From: a virus
Taxonomy: Duplodnaviria; Caudoviricetes
DNA length: 41,487 nt
Virus record (IMG/VR): IMGVR_UViG_3300033555_000011
Coordinates: 1-41,487 of that record
Strand: one strand, 5' to 3'
In this document: piece after piece, positions 25,906 to 34,072 of the stretch
How the letters are laid out: the number at the start of each line of letters is the position of its first letter
Position numbering within the stretch: position 1 is the stretch's first letter
Notes under the pieces: generated by a model
What the model was told of the DNA's origin: nothing
What the model saw: only the letters and a program-made list of their open reading frames with translations
The model's database searches: none
Translations under genes and position numbers: made by a program

Positions 25906-27179
25906 GAAACAAACTTCCGGTTGATTTTAAGTGGCTTTGCGGCCCACTCGTCATTACTCATAACGTCAGCGACCAATCCGAGATACCTAGCGGCATCAGC
26001 GCCGTGTGAATACTCGTCATGTAACGGGCTGACGGCCTCACCTGTTTTGTTGCTTATATTCCAGCGATACCGCTTCAAACACTCGACCAGACGCTCAGTT
26101 CTGGGTTTGTGGAAGTATATCCGGGGGAATATCTCACGTAAACGGTCAATCCCGCTATTAACTGCGGCCATTGGCACCTTCTCGACGCTCCAACCTAAGT
26201 TAGTTAGCACCTCGGCGTCATCCTTGCCTGTCTGGTGGCGCTTGTGGAATCCGTCATGCGGTAAATACACCTTGCCCCAGTTCATCGGCTGATCGTCCAA
26301 TCTCAAGGCTCGCAGCTCTGCGCTGTAGTCAGCCAATATGCGCTGATTGCCCTCGATGTAATGAATGATGCGAATCTCGCTTGCCAGCTTCTGCACGAGT
26401 ATCAGCGTCATGCTGTCAGCCATACCCAAGTCAAACACAATGTGCGTCTTCAGTGCGGCATCATGCGGAACCTCACGGATCCGGCCAGCGGTTATTGTCT
26501 GGCTCATGGCGTTGAAGTAGATCGCGCCCTCTACAGCTGGTTTGCATTGGCCCAACCAGGTGTGTGCATAGTCTTCTGCCAGCATCGTCGCCTCAGCATG
26601 GGCGCGTTCAGCCTCAAGCGTGGCAGGGAAGTAAGGGTTGTCTGTGTAGTTCATTAGCACAGATACGCAGTCAGGCGGTGGATTGATAACGAACCGCTCG
26701 TGCGTGGGATCTGACTCAAGCTCTGGGTTGTACGTCACCCATATCTCAGAATCATCCTTGCGAATCGTTGGTGTCAACGTCTTCCAGCTTTTCTCGCTGA
26801 TTGCCTGGGCCTCTTCGCACCAGCAGATGTCCACACCCTCAAAGCTTTTTAACGTGGTCGCCGTGACGTCGGACAAGCCACTGAAGAATATCTGTGAGCC
26901 ATGCGGGCCGCGTATCTCAGTTTGAAGCACCTCGAACACTGATGACAGACCCATCGCCTGTATCTGGTCGCTTAGAAGCTGGTGCACGGACTGCTGAATG
27001 GACTTCTGGATCTCTCGGGTGCATAAGACGCGGGTTTGTCGGTCAGCACAACGCAGCAAGATAGCCCGTGCGTACCCCCATGATTTGCCGCTTCCACGTC
27101 CACCCCGAGCCACTTTATATCGGGATGGCTTGAACAGGAAATCCAGCTTGCGCGGGAATCTTGCGTTTAGGTTAATCAA
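25902..27179 (-). CDS. terL: terminase large subunit (PBSX-like)
   Basis: Walker A GGRGSGKS, Walker B WCEEA, YNP coupling motif; nuclease DLG..D and H.ADA.RY. Confidence 0.95.
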   Translation of the reverse strand: MINLNARFPRKLDFLFKPSRYKVARGGRGSGKSWGYARAILLRCADRQTRVLCTREIQKSIQQSVHQLLSDQIQAMGLSSVFEVLQTEIRGPHGSQIFFSGLSDVTATTLKSFEGVDICWCEEAQAISEKSWKTLTPTIRKDDSEIWVTYNPELESDPTHERFVINPPPDCVSVLMNYTDNPYFPATLEAERAHAEATMLAEDYAHTWLGQCKPAVEGAIYFNAMSQTITAGRIREVPHDAALKTHIVFDLGMADSMTLILVQKLASEIRIIHYIEGNQRILADYSAELRALRLDDQPMNWGKVYLPHDGFHKRHQTGKDDAEVLTNLGWSVEKVPMAAVNSGIDRLREIFPRIYFHKPRTERLVECLKRYRWNISNKTGEAVSPLHDEYSHGADAARYLGLVADVMSNDEWAAKPLKINRKFVS

Positions 27180-27555
27180 AGTGAATTTGCATGCTGATTC
27201 CGCCTGAATGCTCGACCTTTGCCGGCGCGTTGAAGCCCTGCATATCGTTCAGAACCTTCACAGCGTTGATTCTGTCTCCGTGCCTTGCCTCTCTATCACC
27301 CACTACCGCAGACAGCACTGCGACCGATTGCTCGCGTGTCCAAAGGGATTTACTGGCAAGCTCTTCACGAAGAAGGGCGATCCTTTGCGCTACCTTTGCG
27401 TCTGACGCAATTTTACTGGCGTTGACATGGATAGACGAAGGAATCATCTTGCTTGTGTTGTAAGCGCCTCGATAGGCGTCGGATTGGTTAACCCCGCCTG
27501 CGATTGCTTGCGCGAATGATTCCTGTTTAGCGGTTAGCTTGTTGTCCTGTGTCAT
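27172..27555 (-). CDS. terS: terminase small subunit
   Basis: LT.KQE.FA......NQSDAYR.AY HTH and C-terminal KVEHSG; overlaps the TerL start. Confidence 0.88.
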   Translation of the reverse strand: MTQDNKLTAKQESFAQAIAGGVNQSDAYRGAYNTSKMIPSSIHVNASKIASDAKVAQRIALLREELASKSLWTREQSVAVLSAVVGDREARHGDRINAVKVLNDMQGFNAPAKVEHSGGISMQIHFD

Positions 27556-27716
27556 TGCGGTTTTGTCTCGTCTGTGAAGTAGGGGCTAGCTGGGAGGTGG
27601 TTCAGTTCAGAGTCGATCATATCGAGCCACCTGTCCCCGATGCGCTCGAACGTACCCATAAGCTGCAACCACCTTGCGTCGGTGGCCTTCTGTTGCTCTG
27701 TGTAGCGTTCAGTCAT
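27552..27716 (-). CDS. hypothetical protein (54 aa)
   Basis: ATG 27716 overlaps the upstream small ORF; stop is ATGA-coupled to terS. Confidence 0.45.
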   Translation of the reverse strand: MTERYTEQQKATDARWLQLMGTFERIGDRWLDMIDSELNHLPASPYFTDETKPQ

Positions 27717-27861
27717 GATCAAGCGGATCCTGAGCGTCGCACAGAACGAAGTTTGAACATTTGCCAGCAACGGACATGACACCCGCTTCAAACGAATCGC
27801 CAGGGTAGCCATCTCCACAACCGCACCAAACCAATTCGTCAGGCTTTTCATCTTCAGTCAT
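27709..27861 (-). CDS. small Cys-motif protein (50 aa), not in ORF track
   Basis: AAAGGG RBS; MTEDEKPDELVWCGCGDGYPGDSFEAGVMSVAGKCSNFVLCDAQDPLDHD*. Confidence 0.55.
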   Translation of the reverse strand: MTEDEKPDELVWCGCGDGYPGDSFEAGVMSVAGKCSNFVLCDAQDPLDHD

Positions 27862-27891
27862 GTCAACCCTTTGGTTAAAACACTAAGCACC

Positions 27892-28250
27892 CATCGGACT
27901 TACCTCGTGGCTGGGTCTTGCCGTTCACACACGAAGTGGCCGCAGGTGTATAGCTGCGCGGAGATCACACACCATTTACCCGTGGTGCGCCGCCCCACAA
28001 TGGCGGATGAATCGGGTTGAAGCTTAACTAAGTGATGGCCGGTACTGATCTCGGCATTGGCGTCCGCAACTTACCGCCACATTTAGTCGTCGGCGCATCA
28101 GCCTGCGCATTCACCACTTAGTTAAATTCCATCATAAAACTAGCTCTGGGCACTTTCACCCAGTGTGTTGTCAGGCCCTTCCCCTGCATGGTCGGCGACC
28201 GGGTTACCCCAATCCTTAAAGCGGCCGCGTAGTCGCAACCCAATCCGATG
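27892..28250 (-). ncRNA. large structured leader / ncRNA upstream of packaging genes
   Basis: No convincing ORF. Terminal helix CAUCGGAUU/AGUCCGAUG, many GC hairpins, and a TAAAAT -10 at 28263-28258 just upstream. Confidence 0.5.
28024..28125 (-). ncRNA. tRNA-like structured RNA 1
   Basis: 14-bp closing stem; D-like arm GCGC-AGGCUGAU-GCGC, middle hairpin UGGCG/CGCCA, T-like arm GCCG-AGAUCAGUAC-CGGC; the D and T loops are complementary. Confidence 0.7.
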
Positions 28251-28260
28251 TGATTACATT

Positions 28261-28731
28261 TTACCGCATGAAGCCTGCGAAGTGGTTGGATTCTTTCCAT
28301 CGCAATCCAGCCCTCACCATGCGCGCAAGCTCTGTGCTTATCCCTAACTCAAGCGCTATCACCTTATTGTGCTTGTCGCTCTCTCTGATGTACCGCGCCT
28401 TGTCCATGTCCAGCTTTGCATTGTTCAGCCGCATCGACCGTTTGATAGCTGCCACCCTGCGCAGACGGACTACCGGGTTCTTTGATACCTCAATACTGAT
28501 CTGGCTGCGGGTCTTCACTACCATGTGAGCGCGGTGCAGGCACCCATGTTCGCCGCACTTCATGCGTACATGCTCTGTTTTACCCAACGGCCTGCCGCTG
28601 CTTTCGTACACTTCACGGCGGATGTTGATTTTGCCGTATGTCGGTGTTCGATTCCTTGCGGTGGCCCCGTGCCAAATGATGCAGTCGCCTGACTGCTCGC
28701 ACATCGCCAATAGCTGTTCTACAGTTTTCAT
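28261..28731 (-). CDS. degenerate HNH-like protein with C-terminal HTH
   Basis: DC.IW.G....YG...RR.VY...C....C....H pattern plus NAKL....R.IR.....IA.ELGIS....R.G.RW. Confidence 0.6.
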   Translation of the reverse strand: MKTVEQLLAMCEQSGDCIIWHGATARNRTPTYGKINIRREVYESSGRPLGKTEHVRMKCGEHGCLHRAHMVVKTRSQISIEVSKNPVVRLRRVAAIKRSMRLNNAKLDMDKARYIRESDKHNKVIALELGISTELARMVRAGLRWKESNHFAGFMR

Positions 28732-29210
28732 AGCATTACCACCTGGTCAGTCTTTTTAAGAGTCACAGCCTTCAAAATCTCAATCACTCGGCGCTCTGTT
28801 AGCCGATGGCAGCGAATCATGGTCCTAGCAGGCAGTACAGCGCTCACCGCTGCGTAATCCTCAAGCACAGCTCTGACGCTTTGGATACCCGGTCCTGACA
28901 GCCTCAGCGCGCCGCCTGCTTTGCATCGGTGGCCAGCCTCTGCCATCACTGCCATTGCATCGTTCAAAAGCCCATCTGGGTCTTCTGTCTCACCCATCAA
29001 AACCAGCTGCTCTGAAAAGTTCACGCAGTCGGACACGATACCCCAATCAAATCGGTCAGGGTGATCGCCGGACTCTATCTGCGCCAAGCCATCCCACATT
29101 GACGTAAGCTGCGTGCGCCGCCAGGCTTCGGGCAGTGGCTCTGTTGGGCTTGCACACATCTCGTCAATCAGCGTGTATCGGAACTTGTGCTGCTTTTTAT
29201 GTTTTGCCAT
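28728..29210 (-). CDS. hypothetical protein
   Basis: 160-aa coupled ORF. Confidence 0.65.
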   Translation of the reverse strand: MAKHKKQHKFRYTLIDEMCASPTEPLPEAWRRTQLTSMWDGLAQIESGDHPDRFDWGIVSDCVNFSEQLVLMGETEDPDGLLNDAMAVMAEAGHRCKAGGALRLSGPGIQSVRAVLEDYAAVSAVLPARTMIRCHRLTERRVIEILKAVTLKKTDQVVML

Positions 29211-29406
29211 GATCTATCCATTTGCACCCAGCGCATCCTTTGTCAGCTTTGCCTAGTTCTGATTTTTGATACTCGCAGTCGAGCGACATGACGTTAGGCC
29301 AGCTTGGGCGCTCTGTGCCTTCTGGAACGTAGCCGCTTATGCTGCTCACGGTGGTGATAAACGGTTTGCGATCAAAACACCCGTTTTTGTGTGTGTCGGG
29401 GTTCAT
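29197..29406 (-). CDS. small Cys-rich hypothetical protein
   Basis: GCFDR...DC.Y......D.GC.GC.W. Confidence 0.55.
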   Translation of the reverse strand: MNPDTHKNGCFDRKPFITTVSSISGYVPEGTERPSWPNVMSLDCEYQKSELGKADKGCAGCKWIDHGKT

Positions 29407-29540
29407 TATTTTTTACCGTAAGCAACAAAAATAACCGCCAAAACAAAGAACACCAATGCCGCCGCCAGCGCTATAAACCAAGGCACATGCGGCGCAAGGT
29501 AGATAACCGCAATCAGCAAGAAAAATTGAGAGGCATTCAT
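29406..29540 (-). CDS. 44-aa membrane protein, not in ORF track
   Basis: MNASQFFLLIAVIYLAPHVPWFIALAAALVFFVLAVIFVAYGKK*; TAATG coupling to next gene. Confidence 0.5.
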   Translation of the reverse strand: MNASQFFLLIAVIYLAPHVPWFIALAAALVFFVLAVIFVAYGKK

Positions 29541-29542
29541 AA

Positions 29543-29839
29543 CTAAGCGCTAAACGAACCAAGATGCATGACATGCTTCAGCATCTCAACATCAACATTC
29601 ATTTCAGTCTCCCGCACCTCAATGTTGTTTTCAGCCTGCATACCCTGCCAGCGCACCAGGCTATCTATCGCCTCCTGAATGTCTTTGGCCTCGTCTTTGG
29701 CTCCTCGCATTCCAGCGCAAAGCAGCTTTTTGATTGCATGTTGCAATGGTGGGCTGGTCACCTTGTAAAGGTCCAAGACTCTGTAAACGTCGATGGTTTG
29801 CAGATGGCTCACGTCTTTTGAATAGTGTTGGTGGTTCAT
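29543..29839 (-). CDS. DUF3310-like phage protein
   Basis: HY.K.....IDVY.VL..Y.V.....HAIKKLLCAG.RGAKD..KD..EAI.SL; GGAG RBS. Confidence 0.65.
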   Translation of the reverse strand: MNHQHYSKDVSHLQTIDVYRVLDLYKVTSPPLQHAIKKLLCAGMRGAKDEAKDIQEAIDSLVRWQGMQAENNIEVRETEMNVDVEMLKHVMHLGSFSA

Positions 29840-29882
29840 GTCGTTATTCTCCGGTTATTGGCTTACATCAACCTGACGTTTA

Positions 29883-30413
29883 TCAACGCAGCGTCTTATC
29901 TTGGCTGCGATCATTTGCGCTTTGTGGCCGTGAAAATTTCCCAAAATAGTGCAAGGCCGCATCGGCATATGCCTTGGCTGCATCTTCTTTGTTGGTGTAT
30001 CGGCCTAACCGCAAACATCGCCCATCTACAGTAATTTGCGCCGCCCACTTTTCCCCAATGCGTGGACCAGTGACGCGAATGACACCTTTGTAACCACTGG
30101 TGTTTGATTTGCTTAGTTGACTATTTGCTATGTTTTCGCTTTGGCTGGCGGGCCGAAGATTCTCAATCTTGTTGTTTAGCGAATCACCATCTTGGTGGTC
30201 GATTCGGTCCGGCAACATTCCATGATGCATAAGGTAAATAATTTGATGAAGGTAATAATGCTTTCGCTTAAAGCAGCACCGGCGGTACGGCCTGCCGTTA
30301 CTCACATGCAAATAACCAACCACAGCGCCAACACGCTCTCCACCCCCTCCCTTCTTCCGATAAAGCAAACCAGAACGGTACTCATAAACCTCGTGCAGCT
30401 CTTGTGGTGTCAT
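29883..30413 (-). CDS. HNH endonuclease with AP2-like DNA-binding domain
   Basis: IDHQDGDSLNNKIENLR (HNH), NTSGYKGV, W.AQI.......LG.Y....DAA.AY..AA..YFG.F. Confidence 0.9.
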   Translation of the reverse strand: MTPQELHEVYEYRSGLLYRKKGGGGERVGAVVGYLHVSNGRPYRRCCFKRKHYYLHQIIYLMHHGMLPDRIDHQDGDSLNNKIENLRPASQSENIANSQLSKSNTSGYKGVIRVTGPRIGEKWAAQITVDGRCLRLGRYTNKEDAAKAYADAALHYFGKFSRPQSANDRSQDKTLR

Positions 30414-30742
30414 CTCATAGTCCTATCTTGGTTGCGATTACTGGCTTCTTGTGAGCGCCAAATATCTATTCGAAGTTGCGCGCTGATAAGGTGCCAGCGT
30501 AATTTCTCTTCCACCTCAATCGCGGCCTTCAACCCGCCCAACAGCGCCAGGTAGTCCTCATGCGCGTAGGCGTACTGCTCCCGCTCCACTGCGCTTTTGG
30601 CCGCACTCTGGCCCATCAAGATAGCCTTTTTACTCTTCCTGAATTCCTCAAGGTAGACGCGCTGCGACTTAGCTGCGGCAAACTTACCCGCGTTTTCAAT
30701 AATGTAATTAACTGCTTTGTTGGGGTCTATTAGCTCGGTCAT
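30410..30742 (-). CDS. conserved hypothetical coiled-coil protein
   Basis: YLEEFRKSKKA.LM...EQYAYAHEDY...WRSQEASNR; likely ATG at 30742. Confidence 0.65.
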   Translation of the reverse strand: MTELIDPNKAVNYIIENAGKFAAAKSQRVYLEEFRKSKKAILMGQSAAKSAVEREQYAYAHEDYLALLGGLKAAIEVEEKLRWHLISAQLRIDIWRSQEASNRNQDRTMR

Positions 30743-30909
30743 ATTGATCTTTTCTTTTAAGCCATAGTACAACGATGAGGCAGTGCAAATGACAAGTTTT
30801 ATGAAAGCAGTCGACCCTATTAGATTGTTGTTTTTAAAGGGTTTTCAGTTGTCTACCCTCATAAAGCGGGCAAGCCGTCGACCATCTCAAAAAACTGCGC
30901 TCATGACGC

Positions 30910-31377
30910 TTAAAGCGCGGAATGTGTTGGGCGCTTGATAAGATCGGAATAAAAATTCTCGATCAAATCATTGGGAATTGGGCTATTTTTACCTAGTGAC
31001 AACCAAGTGGTGCGCCAAGGCGTCCCCTCTTTGTGAGTGGCCGATGACAACGTAACGCCGTCATACTTGGCGTAAGACTCGGAAACCAAATCTAGGATTT
31101 CTTTTTCATCATCCGACAAGACATCTACGTTTCCTCGGATAGAAATGACAGGCGAACTCCGGTAACTTTTAACGGCGTGATAAACGCTTGGAACAACTGG
31201 GCCGTACTGCCATGCTTCGACGCTCTCATCCAACAAAGGACGACCCTTTTTGCCAAGCATGAATCCCTGCGCGATGTAGACGAGCTTTATAAGCTGCATC
31301 GGAGTAACGCTGTCGCCTTCTGCGCTACGTTTCTGCAGAATGTACTTTGCGGCAGCGAGAGATTTACCATTACCCAT
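30910..31377 (-). CDS. Panacea (DUF4065/SocA/GepA) antitoxin-domain protein
   Basis: TPMQLIKLVYIAQG, EAWQYGPVV.SVY and TH..GTPW motifs; ATG 31377 with GAAGGA RBS; lower GC than flanks. Confidence 0.9.
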   Translation of the reverse strand: MGNGKSLAAAKYILQKRSAEGDSVTPMQLIKLVYIAQGFMLGKKGRPLLDESVEAWQYGPVVPSVYHAVKSYRSSPVISIRGNVDVLSDDEKEILDLVSESYAKYDGVTLSSATHKEGTPWRTTWLSLGKNSPIPNDLIENFYSDLIKRPTHSAL

Positions 31378-31449
31378 AAACACATCCTTCACCCATTGGA
31401 GTGCATTGGCGCGGGTTGTAGCGTGGGCGAGGATGTAGGTCTTTTTCAC
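31378..31449 (-). pseudogene. possible ninB 5' remnant in frame with Panacea
   Basis: MKKTYILAHATTRANALQWVK resembles NinB N-termini; GTG start coupled to the upstream stop; lies in the nin-like region. Confidence 0.4.
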
Positions 31450-31718
31450 GTTCTATCTTCCCTGCTTCCGACCAACACCGCGCATGTGGAAATACATTGA
31501 GCCAGAATCATGTCGTCCTGCTCTTCGGACACCGTGATTAACTCTGCCTCAACTTCAGACCGTTCAAGCTCTCGGCCTAATTCAATCCCAGCCCTATAGG
31601 CGTGATGCCACACGTCAAGCACAGTGAACTTGGCAACGTCAATGCCTTTCTGTGCAAATGTTTTTTTCCACAAAAACCAGCATTCATCGGCGTCCTTTTC
31701 TATTTCTTCATTGGTCAT
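31446..31718 (-). CDS. hypothetical protein
   Basis: ATGA-coupled start at 31718. Confidence 0.5.
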   Translation of the reverse strand: MTNEEIEKDADECWFLWKKTFAQKGIDVAKFTVLDVWHHAYRAGIELGRELERSEVEAELITVSEEQDDMILAQCISTCAVLVGSREDRT

Positions 31719-31903
31719 GCTAGGCCCTGAATTCTTTTGTCGTCGCACATCACGCGGTCAAACGATACAAATGCTTTGCATCTACCGTAAACGGCAAACC
31801 TTCGCATGTTTGGCCCATCGCTATTTTTGCGCTTTAAAAATGCCTGCTCGTACCAATCACCGCCCAAGTAAAGCGCCCAAAACAATCGTTCAATGTAAGT
31901 CAT
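31715..31903 (-). CDS. hypothetical protein
   Basis: ATGA-coupled on both sides. Confidence 0.5.
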   Translation of the reverse strand: MTYIERLFWALYLGGDWYEQAFLKRKNSDGPNMRRFAVYGRCKAFVSFDRVMCDDKRIQGLA

Positions 31904-32094
31904 GCTGGAACCTGTCCACCAAAGTATTTCATTGGCAACGGGGTCAACATGCTGGCCGGAGCCAACTTACGCTTGCCCAACTGCCGCCACACGTCACCGC
32001 TGACAATCTCACGGACGTGGACAATGCGCCCTGACTCCATCGCTATGACCTCGACGCCTTCAAATAAATATTTATGCCCTTGTTTTGCGGTCAT
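31900..32094 (-). CDS. hypothetical protein
   Basis: ATGA-coupled; C-terminal L.PLPMKYFGG..P. Confidence 0.55.
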   Translation of the reverse strand: MTAKQGHKYLFEGVEVIAMESGRIVHVREIVSGDVWRQLGKRKLAPASMLTPLPMKYFGGQVPA

Positions 32095-32327
32095 TGGTTT
32101 GCCTGCTCTGGAATCGTCCAGCCATCCCGTGAGCGGAAACTAATCCGGCCCGCTTTGCGCAAGGCTTGCAACCGACGGTCAATGATTCGCCATCCTACAA
32201 CTCCAGTCAAGATAGCAAGGCTAGCGGCCTCATCGCCAGCCGCGCCACCAGAAACAAAAACAAGTCTTGTGCTCCCCGAGTTGATGTTGTCAATCAATGC
32301 CTCGTCGAGTCTGTTGTAAATGCTCAT
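32091..32327 (-). CDS. small winged-helix-like protein
   Basis: RIIDRRLQALRKAGRI.F....GW motif. Confidence 0.6.
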   Translation of the reverse strand: MSIYNRLDEALIDNINSGSTRLVFVSGGAAGDEAASLAILTGVVGWRIIDRRLQALRKAGRISFRSRDGWTIPEQANQ

Positions 32328-32926
32328 TGTTTTGCCTTTAGTTGTTTCAGTTTCAATACGTACTCGGCTTTAATCGCCTTCAGATCGTCTATTGAGTGTC
32401 GGCGCGGTGTCTGGTCACACTCCAACGCTTCGAGCGCCTCAAGACCTATCCTGGCGATCAGGCCGTGCCTGTAGCCTGAAGCGTTGCCCGATGCATAGCG
32501 GTTATCGTGCTTGCTTTGCGCGTGGCAGTTCCGCTCGTCAAATCTCAAGTGAGGCGCTGACCCCCTACTGCGGAAATGACCGGCATCGACAGCATTCCCG
32601 GACCAATCCAAAGGCCTACCGCTCGAGATGCACGGGTGCCCGGCTTGCTTGTCACGCTCTCGAATGTAGGCATTGAAAGACTGTTGCGCGAATCTGATCC
32701 AATCACCCCGTGTGTCCATTTTCGCCAGCTTAACTTTGGTTTCCTTGCGGTCTTTTACAGCTTCAACTTTTTTCTCTTTTGCAGCTTTGCGCTTGGCTTT
32801 CCCCAGCCTTGCAGTAGCCAGCACAACACCACAATCAAAACCGCACCAGGTAACAAAGCCACCATGCGATGTAAATTCAGCCTTGCAGACTGCGCACTTT
32901 TTGGACTTGGGCGTCTTAGGCTGCAC
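32324..32926 (-). CDS. ninG: NinG/Rap recombination endonuclease
   Basis: KKC..C...F......C...C, AQ..FN.YIR.RD...PCIS.G, DAGHFRSRGSAPHLRFDERNCHAQ, and LI.RIG motifs. Confidence 0.92.
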   Translation of the reverse strand: MQPKTPKSKKCAVCKAEFTSHGGFVTWCGFDCGVVLATARLGKAKRKAAKEKKVEAVKDRKETKVKLAKMDTRGDWIRFAQQSFNAYIRERDKQAGHPCISSGRPLDWSGNAVDAGHFRSRGSAPHLRFDERNCHAQSKHDNRYASGNASGYRHGLIARIGLEALEALECDQTPRRHSIDDLKAIKAEYVLKLKQLKAKQ

Positions 32927-33248
32927 TTGTCATGGCCTTTCCAATTTCAGCGGCTGCGCGGACGCCAGCTTTACGACGTGCGGAATGTTTGTCGCCGTCA
33001 TGTTTGTTGAAAAATTCGGCGCACATCGTGAAAGACCTTAGCCCAATCAGAATAAGTCCTGGATGCCAATCAACTTCCATGCTCAGCGCAGTTTCCAGCC
33101 GCATCTCGTCACCGTCGTCGTTCAGTGGATTCCAAATGTGCCGGGTGATAAAGTGGTAACGAATGAAACCATCTTCCGCGCTTGACCAGTCGCCAAGCTC
33201 AATACCAGCCGCCTTCGCCGCAAACTCAAGCAGTTCTTTGTCAGTCAT
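32916..33248 (-). CDS. hypothetical protein
   Basis: MTDKELLE.AAKAAG...WNPL.DDGD..RL...RAAAEIGK, a recurrent phage accessory pattern. Confidence 0.65.
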   Translation of the reverse strand: MTDKELLEFAAKAAGIELGDWSSAEDGFIRYHFITRHIWNPLNDDGDEMRLETALSMEVDWHPGLILIGLRSFTMCAEFFNKHDGDKHSARRKAGVRAAAEIGKAMTSAA

Positions 33249-33439
33249 GTTGAGAATCCCTTTAAAAACACCATCGTCGCCCGCAAAGAAGCGGCGTCAA
33301 CGTTGCTAGCCGCCCTGACGCTTCCCGGCAGCGCGTCGCCATACATTCGCTGATACCAGGCTTCAAGCCTGTCATGAGCGGCAATCATTCGCGTTAGCCG
33401 TTCAATGTGCTTCTTTGCAAGTTTGGGCTTTGCAGTCAT
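33245..33439 (-). CDS. hypothetical protein
   Basis: Likely ATG 33439 with AAGGA RBS; ATGA-coupled stop. Confidence 0.5.
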   Translation of the reverse strand: MTAKPKLAKKHIERLTRMIAAHDRLEAWYQRMYGDALPGSVRAASNVDAASLRATMVFLKGFST

Positions 33440-33440
33440 G

Positions 33441-33665
33441 TTAGGAATCCTTCCCCGCGGTTTTGTTCGCTGTCGTCGCCAGGTCCACCCGCGCAAACCA
33501 ACTCACCCGTGCTTCGACGGCTTCGGGCTTCATTGCCCTGTGTCTTCCGCAGGTGTGCTCCGATGCTGTACTTTCCCAGCCCGGCCCATGTTGGCATTGG
33601 GCAAAGCCATGCTTCGCTAGTCTGGATGATTTGAGCCGCCACGATTCGCAGGTTAGACATTTCAT
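33441..33665 (-). CDS. small Cys-rich protein
   Basis: MKCLTC..W...GFAQC...HTC; ATGA-coupled. Confidence 0.55.
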   Translation of the reverse strand: MKCLTCESWRLKSSRLAKHGFAQCQHGPGWESTASEHTCGRHRAMKPEAVEARVSWFARVDLATTANKTAGKDS

Positions 33666-34033
33666 TTTTCATTTGGCTGCGCGATGGCCGCACGCATTCC
33701 GTCAAACGCTTGTTGCAGCACCGCGCGTTGCGCCTCGTGCTTGAATGCTGTAAGACCCACGAGCAACAAGAGCGTTTCTTCGGCATCGGTCAGTACGGAT
33801 ATTCGTGTATCACGCTCCGCTATCTGTTTCTCAAAATCAAAAAGCTGTACTGCCTGCGCTGCAATGGCTGCGTGGGCGTAGTATTGCATCTGATGTGTTG
33901 ACCACAGTGCAACATCACGAACACCGGGCAAATGTGTCCCAACTTCGGGCGCTGGCTTGTTCTCCAACACATCCTGTGCTGATGCGTAGCAGATAGCGCC
34001 AACCTTTGGGAGTGGTGGTAGGTTATTGTTCAT
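33662..34033 (-). CDS. hypothetical modular accessory protein
   Basis: LPPLP...QM..YA.AAIAAQA module. Confidence 0.6.
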   Translation of the reverse strand: MNNNLPPLPKVGAICYASAQDVLENKPAPEVGTHLPGVRDVALWSTHQMQYYAHAAIAAQAVQLFDFEKQIAERDTRISVLTDAEETLLLLVGLTAFKHEAQRAVLQQAFDGMRAAIAQPNEK

Positions 34034-34072
34034 GATTTGATTTTGGGTTGTTTTGCTTACGTGGTGCTGACG

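Noticed and set aside
27552-27851. 99-aa ORF from the track
   Set aside because: Better explained as two coupled ORFs, 27709..27861 (RBS, Cys motif) and 27552..27716.
28024-28125. Canonical tRNA gene (also considered for 38241-38367)
   Set aside because: No 7-nt anticodon loop on a 5-bp stem, no GTTCRA T loop, and no CCA end.
27892-28250. Group I intron (ACGACUAAAUG resembles an R element, GUAAGUCC an S element)
   Set aside because: The P7 pairing is imperfect, no interrupted exon is evident, and the R-like string lies inside the tRNA-like unit.
28118-28300. 60-aa minus-strand ORF in the late leader
   Set aside because: No RBS or motif, it overlaps the upstream gene, and the region is better explained by RNA structure; not fully excluded.
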